From Balanoglossus misakiensis (Eukaryota > Animalia > Hemichordata): a stretch of DNA of 64,000 bases. Shown here piece after piece: positions 53,960 through 64,000 of the stretch (positions within the stretch are counted from its first letter, which is position 1; each line of letters starts with the position of its first letter). The notes beneath the pieces were generated by a model. The model saw only the letters and a program-made list of their open reading frames with translations, was not told the DNA's origin and did no database searches. A program made the translations under genes and the position numbers. The stretch is from the NCBI GenBank assembly GCA_040954595.2, contig CM082576.2, forward strand, positions 16,911,028-16,975,027. The letters run 5' to 3'.

Positions 53960-54302
53960 CAATGTTGCAGTGACCTGTTGCAAAAATGTTGCACTCTAGT
54001 TCTAGACCTGTCAATCACTCTAGTTGTAGCAAAATAATCAACACCTTGAACAAAAGGCATCACTCTGTGGGGGCTAATTGACAGGTGTTGCAGCAGTATT
54101 TACGGGTAGAGGTGTTAAGCTTCCCTTGTTAATGGCTTGCCGTAAAGGAGTTGCCGTAGTTTTTACGGAAATGTAACAAAAGGAAATGGGCCTCAGACAA
54201 TTGTTGCAGCAAACTCTGCTACAACTAACAATAGTTCCCGTAGGGGTTCCCGTAGTTCCCGTAGGGTTGACGTACTACTTGCCGTATTCAGAAATATACA
54301 AA
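53960..54302. repeat. Right subterminal motif array of the 4.4-kb element
   Basis: TTGCCGTA x3 (54137, 54151, 54279; inverse of the left motif), CTGCTACAACTA (inverse of left TAGTTGTAGCAG), GTTCCCGTAG x3 (54234, 54246, 54255), TAGAGGTGTT (inverse of AACACCTCTA) and several TGTTGCA. Confidence 0.8.
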
Positions 54303-54327
54303 TAGTTGTTATGTTCTGTTGGGACTG
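54303..54327 (-). repeat. Right terminal inverted repeat
   Basis: TAGTTGTT-atgttc-TGTTGGGACTG, followed by TA and resumption of the satellite in exact phase. Confidence 0.9.
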
Positions 54328-57300
54328 TACATTGGTAGGCTGAAAGCTTACTTCCTGAGATTGTTTGAGCTAATGACAGGTAAGACCGCTTATGAAGTGG
54401 TGACCTAAGACAGGCGACAGTCAGGCTTCACTTACAAAAAGTGGAAAATATAATAGCTACATTGGTAGGCTGATAGCTTACTCCCTGAGACTGTTTGAGC
54501 CAATGACGGGTAAGACCGCTTATGAAGTGGTGACCTAAGACAGGTGACAATCAGGCTTCACTTACAAAAAGTGAAAAATATAATAGCTACATTGGTAGGC
54601 TGAAAGCTTACTCCCTGAGACTGTTTGAGCCAATGACGGGTAAGACCGCTTATGAAGTGGTGACCTAAGACAGGCGACAGTCAGGCTTCACTTACAAAAA
54701 GTGGAAAATATAATAGCTACATTGGTAGGCTGATAGCTTACTCCCTGAGACTGTTTGAGCCAATGACGGGTAAGACCGCTTATGAAGTGGTGACCTAAGA
54801 CAGGCGACAGTCAGGCTTCACTTACAAAAAGTGGAAAATATAATAGCTACATTGGTAGGCTGAAAGCTTACTTCCTCAGACTGTTTGAGCCAATGACGGG
54901 TAAGACCGCTTATGAAATGGTGACCTAAGACAGGCGACAGTCAGACTTCACTTACAAAAAGTGGAAAATATAATAGCTACATTGGTAGGCTGAAAGCTTA
55001 ATTCCTCAGACTGTTTGAGCCAATGACGGGTAAGACCGCTTATGAAGTGGTGACCTAAGACAGGCGACAGTCTGGCTTCACTTACAAAAAGTGGAAAATA
55101 TAATAGCTACATTGGTAGGCTGAAAGCTTACTCCCTGAGACTGTTTGAGCCAATGACGGGTAAGACCGCTTATGAAGTGGTGACCTAAGACAGGCGACAG
55201 TCAGGCTTCACTTACAAAAAGTGGAAAATATAATAGCTACATTGGTAGGCTGATAGCTTACTCCCTGAGACTGTTTGAGCCAATGACGGGTAAGACCGCT
55301 TATGAAGTGGTGACCTAAGACAGGCGACAGTCAGGCTTCACTTACAAAAAGTGGAAAATATAATAGCTACATTGGTAGGCTGAAAGCTTACTTCCTCAGA
55401 CTGTTTGAGCCAATGACGGGTAAGACCGCTTATGAAATGGTGACCTAAGACAGGCGACAGTCAGGCTTCACTTACAAAAAGTGGAAAATATAATAGCTAC
55501 ATTGGTAGGCTGAAAGCTTACTTCCTGAGACTGTTTGAGCCAATGACGGGTAAGACCGCTTATGAAGTGGTGACCTAAGACAGGCGACAGTCAGGCTTCA
55601 CTTACAAAAAGTGGAAAATATAATAGCTACATTGGTAGGCTGAAAGCTTACTCCCTGAGACTGTTTGAGCCAATGACGGGTAAGACCGCGTATGAAATGG
55701 TGACCTAAGACAGGCGACAGTCAGGCTTCACTTACAAAAAGTGGAAAACATAATAGCTACATTGGTAGGCTGAAAGCTTACTTCCTGAGATTGTTTGAGC
55801 TAATGACAGGTAAGACCGCTTATGAAGTGGTGACCTAAGACAGGCGACAGTCAGGCTTCACTTACAAAAAGTGGAAAATATAATAGCTACATTGGTAGGC
55901 TGATAGCTTACTCCCTGAGACTGTTTGAGCCAATGACGGGTAAGACCGCTTATGAAGTGGTGACCTAAGACAGGTGACAATCAGGCTTCACTTACAAAAA
56001 GTGAAAAATATAATAGCTACATTGGTAGGCTGAAAGCTTACTCCCTGAGACTGTTTGAGCCAATGACGGGTAAGACCGCTTATGAAGTGGTGACCTAAGA
56101 CAGGCGACAGTCAGGCTTCACTTACAAAAAGTGGAAAATATAATAGCTACATTGGTAGGCTGATAGCTTACTCCCTGAGACTGTTTGAGCCAATGACGGG
56201 TAAGACCGCTTATGAAGTGGTGACCTAAGACAGGCGACAGTCAGGCTTCACTTACAAAAAGTGGAAAATATAATAGCTACATTGGTAGGCTGAAAGCTTA
56301 CTTCCTCAGACTGTTTGAGCCAATGACGGGTAAGACCGCTTATGAAATGGTGACCTAAGACAGGCGACAGTCAGACTTCACTTACAAAAAGTGGAAAATA
56401 TAATAGCTACATTGGTAGGCTGAAAGCTTAATTCCTCAGACTGTTTGAGCCAATGACGGGTAAGACCGCTTATGAAGTGGTGACCTAAGACAGGCGACAG
56501 TCTGGCTTCACTTACAAAAAGTGGAAAATATAATAGCTACATTGGTAGGCTGAAAGCTTACTCCCTGAGACTGTTTGAGCCAATGACGGGTAAGACCGCT
56601 TATGAAGTGGTGACCTAAGACAGGCGACAGTCAGGCTTCACTTACAAAAAGTGGAAAATATAATAGCTACATTGGTAGGCTGATAGCTTACTCCCTGAGA
56701 CTGTTTGAGCCAATGACGGGTAAGACCGCTTATGAAGTGGTGACCTAAGACAGGCGACAGTCAGGCTTCACTTACAAAAAGTGGAAAATATAATAGCTAC
56801 ATTGGTAGGCTGAAAGCTTACTTCCTCAGACTGTTTGAGCCAATGACGGGTAAGACCGCTTATGAAATGGTGACCTAAGACAGGCGACAGTCAGGCTTCA
56901 CTTACAAAAAGTGGAAAATATAATAGCTACATTGGTAGGCTGAAAGCTTAATTCCTCAGACTGTTTGAGCCAATGACGGGTAAGACCGCTTATGAAGTGG
57001 TGACCTAAGACAGGCGACAGTCTGGCTTCACTTACAAAAAGTGGAAAATATAATAGCTACATTGGTAGGCTGAAAGCTTACTTCCTGAGACTGTTTGAGC
57101 CAATGACGGGTAAGACCGCTTATAAAGTGGTGACCTAAGACAGGCGACAGTCAGGCTTCACTTACAAAAAGTGGAAAATATAATAGCTACATTGGTAGGC
57201 TGATAGCTTACTCCCTGTGACTGTTTGAGCCAATGACGGGTAAGACCGCTTATGAAGTGGTGACCTAAGACAGGCGACAGTCAGGCTTCACTTACAAAAA

Positions 57301-60300
57301 GTGGAAAATATAATAGCTACATTGGTAGGCTGAAAGCTTACTCCCTGAGATTGTTTGAGCCAATGACGGGTAAGACCGCTTTTGAAGTGGTGACCTAAGA
57401 CAGGCGACAGTCAGGCTTCACTTACAAAAAGTGGAAAATATAATAGCTACATTGGTAGGCTGATAGCTTACTCCCTGAGACTGTTTGAGCCAATGACGGG
57501 TAAGACCGCTTATGAAGTGGTGACCTAAGACAGGCGACAGTCAGGCTTCACTTACAAAAAGTGGAAAATATAATAGCTACATTGGTAGGCTGAAAGCTTA
57601 CTTCCTCAGACTGTTTGAGCCAATGACGGGTAAGACCGCTTATGAAATGGTGACCTAAGACAGGCGACAGTCAGGCTTCACTTACAAAAAGTGGAAAATA
57701 TAATAGCTACATTGGTAGGCTGAAAGCTTACTTCCTCAGACTGTTTGAGCCAATGACGGGTAAGACCGCTTATGAAGTGGTGACCTAAGACAGGCGACAG
57801 TCTGGCTTCACTTACAAAAAGTGGAAAATATAATAGCTACATTGGTAGGCTGAAAGCTTACTTCCTGAGACTGTTTGAGCCAATGACGGGTAAGACCGCT
57901 TATAAAGTGGTGACCTAAGACAGGCGACAGTCAGGCTTCACTTACAAAAAGTGGAAAATATAATAGCTACATTGGTAGGCTGATAGCTTACTCCCTGTGA
58001 CTGTTTGAGCCAATGACAGGTAAGACCGCTTATGAAGTGGTGACCTAAGACAGGCGACAGTCAGGCTTCACTTACAAAAAGTGGAAAATATAATAGCTAC
58101 ATTGGTAGGCTGAAAGCTTACTCCCTGAGACTGTTTGAGCCAATGACGGGTAAGACCGCTTATGAAGTGGTGACCTAAGACAGGCGACAGTCAGGCTTCA
58201 CTTACAAAAAGTGGAAAATATAATAGCTACATTGGTAGGCTGAAAGCTTACTCTCTGAGACTGTTTGAGCTAATGACGGGTAAGACCGCTCTTGAAGTGG
58301 TGACCTAAGACTGGCGACAGTCAGGCTTCACTTACAAAAAGTGGAAAATGTAATAGCTACATTGGTAGGCTGAAAGCTTACTTCCTGAGACTGTTTGAGC
58401 CAATGACGGGTAAGACCGCTTATGAAGTGGTGACCTAAGACAGGCGACAGTCAGGCTTCACTTACAAAAAGTGGAAAATATAATAGCTACATTGGTAGGC
58501 TGAAAGCTTACTCCCTGAGACTGTTTGAGCCAATGACGGGTAAGACCGCTTATGAAGTGGTGACCTAAGACAGGCGACACTCAGGCTTCACTTACAAAAA
58601 GTGGAAAATATAATAGCTACATTGGTAGGCTGAAAGCTTACTTCCTGAGACTGTTTGAGCCAATGACGGGTAAGACCGCTTATGAAGTGGTGACCTAAGA
58701 CAGGCGACAGTCAGGCTTCACTTACAAAAAGTGGAAAATATAATAGCTACATTGGTAGGCTGAAAGCTTACTCCCTGAGACTGTTTGAGCCAATGACGGG
58801 TAAGACCGCGTATGAAATGGTGACCTAAGACAGGCGACAGTCAGGCTTCACTTACAAAAAGTGGAAAACATAATAGCTACATTGGTAGGCTGAAAGCTTA
58901 CTTCCTGAGATTGTTTGAGCTAATGACAGGTAAGACCGCTTATGAAGTGGTGACCTAAGACAGGCGACAGTCAGGCTTCACTTACAAAAAGTGGAAAATA
59001 TAATAGCTACATTGGTAGGCTGATAGCTTACTCCCTGAGACTGTTTGAGCCAATGACGGGTAAGACCGCTTATGAAGTGGTGACCTAAGACAGGTGACAA
59101 TCAGGCTTCACTTACAAAAAGTGAAAAATATAATAGCTACATTGGTAGGCTGAAAGCTTACTCCCTGAGACTGTTTGAGCCAATGACGGGTAACACCGCT
59201 TATGAAGTGGTGACCTAAGACAGGCGACAGTCAGGCTTCACTTACAAAAAGTGGAAAATATAATAGCTACATTGGTAGGCTGATAGCTTACTCCCTGAGA
59301 CTGTTTGAGCCAATGACGGGTAAGACCGCTTATGAAGTGGTGACCTAAGACAGGCGACAGTCAGGCTTCACTTACAAAAAGTGGAAAATATAATAGCTAC
59401 ATTGGTAGGCTGAAAGCTTACTTCCTCAGACTGTTTGAGCCAATGACGGGTAAGACCGCTTATGAAATGGTGACCTAAGACAGGCGACAGTCAGGCTTCA
59501 CTTACAAAAAGTGGAAAATATAATAGCTACATTGGTAGGCTGAAAGCTTAATTCCTCAGACTGTTTGAGCCAATGACGGGTAAGACCGCTTATGAAGTGG
59601 TGACCTAAGACAGGCGACAGTCTGGCTTCACTTACAAAAAGTGGAAAATATAATAGCTACATTGGTAGGCTGAAAGCTTACTTCCTGAGACTGTTTGAGC
59701 CAATGACGGGTAAGACCGCTTATAAAGTGGTGACCTAAGACAGGCGACAGTCAGGCTTCACTTACAAAAAGTGGAAAATATAATAGCTACATTGGTAGGC
59801 TGATAGCTTACTCCCTGTGACTGTTTGAGCCAATGACGGGTAAGACCGCTTATGAAGTGGTGACCTAAGACAGGCGACAGTCAGGCTTCACTTACAAAAA
59901 GTGGAAAATATAATAGCTACATTGGTAGGCTGAAAGCTTACTCCCTGAGATTGTTTGAGCCAATGACGGGTAAGACCGCTTTTGAAGTGGTGACCTAAGA
60001 CAGGCGACAGTCAGGCTTCACTTACAAAAAGTGGAAAATATAATAGCTACATTGGTAGGCTGATAGCTTACTCCCTGAGACTGTTTGAGCCAATGACGGG
60101 TAAGACCGCTTATGAAGTGGTGACCTAAGACAGGCGACAGTCAGGCTTCACTTACAAAAAGTGGAAAATATAATAGCTACATTGGTAGGCTGAAAGCTTA
60201 CTTCCTCAGACTGTTTGAGCCAATGACGGGTAAGACCGCTTATGAAATGGTGACCTAAGACAGGCGACAGTCAGGCTTCACTTACAAAAAGTGGAAAATA

Positions 60301-62773
60301 TAATAGCTACATTGGTAGGCTGAAAGCTTACTTCCTCAGACTGTTTGAGCCAATGACGGGTAAGACCGCTTATGAAGTGGTGACCTAAGACAGGCGACAG
60401 TCTGGCTTCACTTACAAAAAGTGGAAAATATAATAGCTACATTGGTAGGCTGAAAGCTTACTTCCTGAGACTGTTTGAGCCAATGACGGGTAAGACCGCT
60501 TATAAAGTGGTGACCTAAGACAGGCGACAGTCAGGCTTCACTTACAAAAAGTGGAAAATATAATAGCTACATTGGTAGGCTGATAGCTTACTCCCTGTGA
60601 CTGTTTGAGCCAATGACAGGTAAGACCGCTTATGAAGTGGTGACCTAAGACAGGCGACAGTCAGGCTTCACTTACAAAAAGTGGAAAATATAATAGCTAC
60701 ATTGGTAGGCTGAAAGCTTACTCCCTGAGACTGTTTGAGCCAATGACGGGTAAGACCGCTTATGAAGTGGTGACCTAAGACAGGCGACAGTCAGGCTTCA
60801 CTTACAAAAAGTGGAAAATATAATAGCTACATTGGTAGGCTGAAAGCTTACTCCCTCAGACTGTTTGAGCCAATGACGGGTAAGACCGCTTATGAAGTGG
60901 TGACCTAAGACAGGCGACAGTCAGGCTTCACTTACAAAAAGTGGAAAATATAATAGCTACATTGGTAGGCTGAAAGCTTACTCCCTGAGACTGTTTGAGC
61001 CAATGACGGGTAAGACCGCTTATGAAGTGGTGACCTAAGACAGGCGACAGTCAGGCTTCACTTACAAAAAGTGGAAATTATAATAGCTACATTGGTAGGC
61101 TGAAAGCTTACTTCCTCAGACTGTTTGAGCCAATGACGGATAAGACCGCTTTTGAAGTGGTGACCTAAGACAGGCGACAGTCAGGCTTCACTTACAAAAA
61201 GTGGAAAATATGATAGCTACATTGGTAGGCTGAAAGCTTACTTCCTCAGACTGTTTGAGCCAATGACGGGTAAGACCGCTTATGAAGTGGTGACCTAAGA
61301 CAGGCGACAGTCAGGCTTCACTTACAAAAAGTGGAAATTATAATAGCTACATTGGTAGGCTGAAAGCTTACTTCCTCAGACTGTTTGAGCCAATGACGGG
61401 TAAGACCGCTTTTGAAGTGGTGACCTAAGACAGGCGACAGTCAGGCTTCACTTACAAAAAGTGGAAAATATGATAGCTACATTGGTAGGCTGAAAGCTTA
61501 CTTCCTCAGACTGTTTGAGCTAATGACGGGTAAGACCGCTTATGAAGTGGTGACCTAAGACAGGCGACAGTCAGGCTTCACTTACAAAAATTGGAAAATA
61601 TAATAGCTACCTTGGTAGGCTGAAAGCTTACTTCCTGAGACTGTTTGAGCCAATGACGGGTAAGACCGCTTATGAAGTGGTGACCTAAGACAGGCGACAG
61701 TCAGGCTTCACTTACAAAAAGTGGAAAATATAATAGCTACATTGGTAGGCTGATAGCTTACTCCCTGAGACTGTTTGAGCCAATGACGGGTAAGACCGCT
61801 TATGAAGTGGTGACCTAAGACAGGCGACAGTCTGGCTTCACTTACAAAAGTGGAAAATATAATAGCTACATTGGTAGGCTGATAGCTTACTCCCTGAGAC
61901 TGTTTGAGCCAATGACGGGTAAGACCGCTTATGAAGTGGTGACCTAAGACAGGCGACAGTCAGGCTTCACTTACAAAAAGTTGAAAATATAATAGCTACA
62001 TTGGTAGGCTGAAAGCTTACTTCCTGAGACTGTTTGAGCCAATGACGGGTAAGACCGCTTATGAAGTGGTGACCTAAGACAGGCGACAGTCAGGCTTCAC
62101 TTACAAAAAGTGGAAAATATAATAGCTACATTGGTAGGCTGAAAGCTTACTTCCTGAGACTGTTTGAGCCAATGACGGGTAAGACCGCTTATGAAGTGGT
62201 GACATAAGACAGGCGACAGTCAGGCTTCACTTACAAAAAGTGGAAAATATAATAGCTACATTGGTAGGCTGAAAGCTTACTCCCTCAGACTGTTTGAGCC
62301 AATGGCGGGTAAGACCGCTTATGAAGTGGTGACCTAAGACAGGCGACAGTCAGGCTTCACTTACAAAAAGTGGAAAATATAATAGCTACATTGGTAGGCT
62401 GAAAGCTTACTTCCTCAGACTGTTTGAGCCAATGACGGGTAAGACCGCTTATGAAGTGGTGACCTAAGACAGGCGACAGTCTGGCTTCACTTACAAAAAG
62501 TGGAAAATATAATAGCTACATTGGTAGGCTGAAAGCTTACTTCCTCAGACTGTTTGAGCCAATGACGGGTAAGACCGCTTATGAAGTGGTGACCTAAGAC
62601 AGGCGACAGTCAGGCTTCACTTACAAAAAGTGGAAAATATAATAGCTACATTGGTAGGCTGAAAGCTTACTCCCTGAGACTGTTTGAGCCAATGACGGGT
62701 AAGACCGCTTATGAAGTGGTGACCTAAGACAGGCGACAGTCAGGCTTCACTTACAAAAAGTGGAACATATAAT
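54328..62773. repeat. 130-bp satellite DNA, right arm, about 65 copies
   Basis: Same consensus, orientation and phase as the left arm; ends abruptly mid-monomer at ...GGAACATATAAT. Confidence 0.99.
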
Positions 62774-63565
62774 TGTGACCGCCAAAGCTTTTCCGTAATA
62801 TTCAAAAGTCAGAGTCGAGTTTCCATATACGGGTCTTCGGTTTATTATCGACTGATTCGAATAGACCGAATAAACCTAGTCTCGAATAGACTAAGACCGA
62901 ATGGTATAGACCGAGTAAACCGTAAACCGTGGTACGAATAGTCTTAGACCGTAAAAACTGAAACATAAATACAAATACAGAATGTCAAATCGAAAGAATT
63001 ACATATACGAAAATTGAGAATGATTTCAATCGAAAACAGATATGTGCAAGCAACACAGTTCGATGTACGTGACTGATGTACAAGATGCAGACAACTCGTC
63101 AAAGTCTAATTACAATAAAGTTTCACGAAATACAATTCATATCTGTAAGAATACCGAAAGATATATTACCTCGCTGGCGACTTGTAAAGCCTTGTGGTCG
63201 GGAAGTTTCGAAATACGAACGAAATATCGAAGGGTGCGAAACGAGAGACGAGGGTATACTTCACCGTCCCATAGCGAAGTCGAAAACACGAGGTAAAAAT
63301 GTGCAGTGATATGACAATCGTAGATGGACTACTTGTAAAACTTTTGGGCGAAATATGGTTTGTCGATGTGTTCACAATGACCTTCAAAGGTACACATAAA
63401 GTCACAATATCTTTCTCTGTGAAAATTAAAAGTCTACAATATCGACACTCGTAACAAAAAGGGAACTATTTTTATGGAGTAAGGTTTTAAAGCAACAAAC
63501 TGTTCGTGCATATCCCTCATTATTAAAATACGAAATTCCTTTGTTTTTGCATGGCTTCAGCCACA
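62774..63565 (-). repeat. 3' LTR (792 bp) of the BEL/Pao element
   Basis: The minus strand begins TGTGGCTG directly after the polypurine tract and ends CGGTCACA at the satellite junction (imperfect terminal inverted repeat TGTGgCtG/TGTGaCcG). AATAAA on the minus strand at 62841-62846. The second LTR is not in the window. Confidence 0.85.
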
Positions 63566-63574
63566 CTCCCCCCT
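63566..63574 (-). other. Polypurine tract (PPT)
   Basis: Minus strand AGGGGGGAG immediately precedes the TGT start of the LTR. Confidence 0.85.
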
Positions 63575-63670
63575 AAAATCACATTGATTTTACCTAATCG
63601 AAACACTGAAAACAACTACCAAATATGTCCAAGCTATTTCTCAGCTCTCCCCTGTGTTGCTGAGTAAAAC

Positions 63671-64000
63671 TTACCTTAGCATTTTTTCTGCTTCGGGATT
63701 TTCTACCAATAATACAAGCTTAGGCCTTTCTAAAATTGTTGCCTTGTCTACTTTCTTACCTTGTCCTTGTTTCGAGAGGTTGGGATCACCCACAAGGATA
63801 GTGACTCTACGTATCAAGCAATCATCATCGCGCAAAGTGTCTATCACTTTTGCAAGTCTCCACTGATTTCTCACAGTGTCATCTTCCTTCAGAAGTACAA
63901 TATCTCCAACTTCAGGGTTTCTCTTCGTTTCCTGCCACTTCTGTCTGGCCTGTAGATTCTGTAAGTATTCCTTACGCCATCTTGTCCAGAACTCGTTCGC
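63671..64000 (-). CDS. C-terminus of BEL/Pao Gag-Pol polyprotein (post-integrase DUF5641-like domain), 5'-partial
   Basis: Frame is open from the window edge: ANEFWTRWRKEYLQNLQARQKWQETKRNPEVGDIVLLKEDDTVRNQWRLAKVIDTLRDDDCLIRRVTILVG...ILERPKLVLLVE. The FWxRWxxEYL..R.KW..VGDIVLL..W.L..V pattern is characteristic of BEL/Pao elements. Confidence 0.92.
   Translation of the reverse strand, partial: ANEFWTRWRKEYLQNLQARQKWQETKRNPEVGDIVLLKEDDTVRNQWRLAKVIDTLRDDDCLIRRVTILVGDPNLSKQGQGKKVDKATILERPKLVLLVENPEAEKMLR

Larger units (their letters stand above)
49940..54327. mobile_element. 4388-bp non-autonomous TIR DNA transposon with TA target-site duplication, inserted in the satellite; superfamily uncertain
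   Basis: Satellite ATAGC-TA-CATTGG is split as ATAGC TA [CAGTCCCAACA...TGTTGGGACTG] TA CATTGG (TA at 49938-49939 and 54328-54329). Shared motif arrays lie near both ends. No internal ORF over 124 aa and none resembles a transposase. Confidence 0.92.
62774..64000 (-). mobile_element. BEL/Pao LTR retrotransposon, 3' end (continues beyond window)
   Basis: Order on the minus strand: Pol C-terminus, short 3' UTR, polypurine tract, LTR with TG...CA ends, then satellite. Confidence 0.92.

Noticed and set aside
3448-62773. CRISPR-like array
   Set aside because: The whole 130-bp unit repeats; there are no unique spacers and no cas genes, and the context is eukaryotic.
63700-63740. ERPKLVLL appears about two residues shorter than the usual BEL RP-x-x-KL motif
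   Set aside because: Could be an in-frame deletion or lineage variation; it cannot be judged without aligning to family members.
63042-63955. Short ORFs within the LTR and opposite Pol (63042, 63076, 63166, 63654, 63761)
   Set aside because: They lie in LTR sequence or antisense to Pol and have no recognisable motifs.

Overview
Eukaryotic repeat-dominated DNA, probably from an invertebrate animal (inferred from GT-AG introns, the transposon families present and poly-G/poly-C tracts). About 55 kb of the 64 kb is one head-to-tail 130-bp satellite (roughly 420 copies, 3448-49939 and 54328-62773) with few variants per monomer and many local multi-monomer duplications. Three different transposable elements bound or interrupt it. 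(1) On the left is a hAT DNA transposon with an apparently intact three-exon, 785-aa transposase; its left end lies outside the window. (2) At 49940-54327 is a 4388-bp non-coding element with short bipartite terminal inverted repeats (TIRs), subterminal motif arrays and a TA target-site duplication; two empty paralogous sites in the window confirm the duplication. (3) On the right is the 3' end of a BEL/Pao LTR retrotransposon on the minus strand (LTR, polypurine tract, Pol C-terminus). I found no host gene, rRNA, tRNA or CRISPR array, and I cannot demonstrate a new biological system. The best leads are the hard-to-classify 4.4-kb element, the possibly (peri)centromeric satellite with transposons inserted into it, and the internal structure of the monomer. 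All counts and alignments were done by eye.
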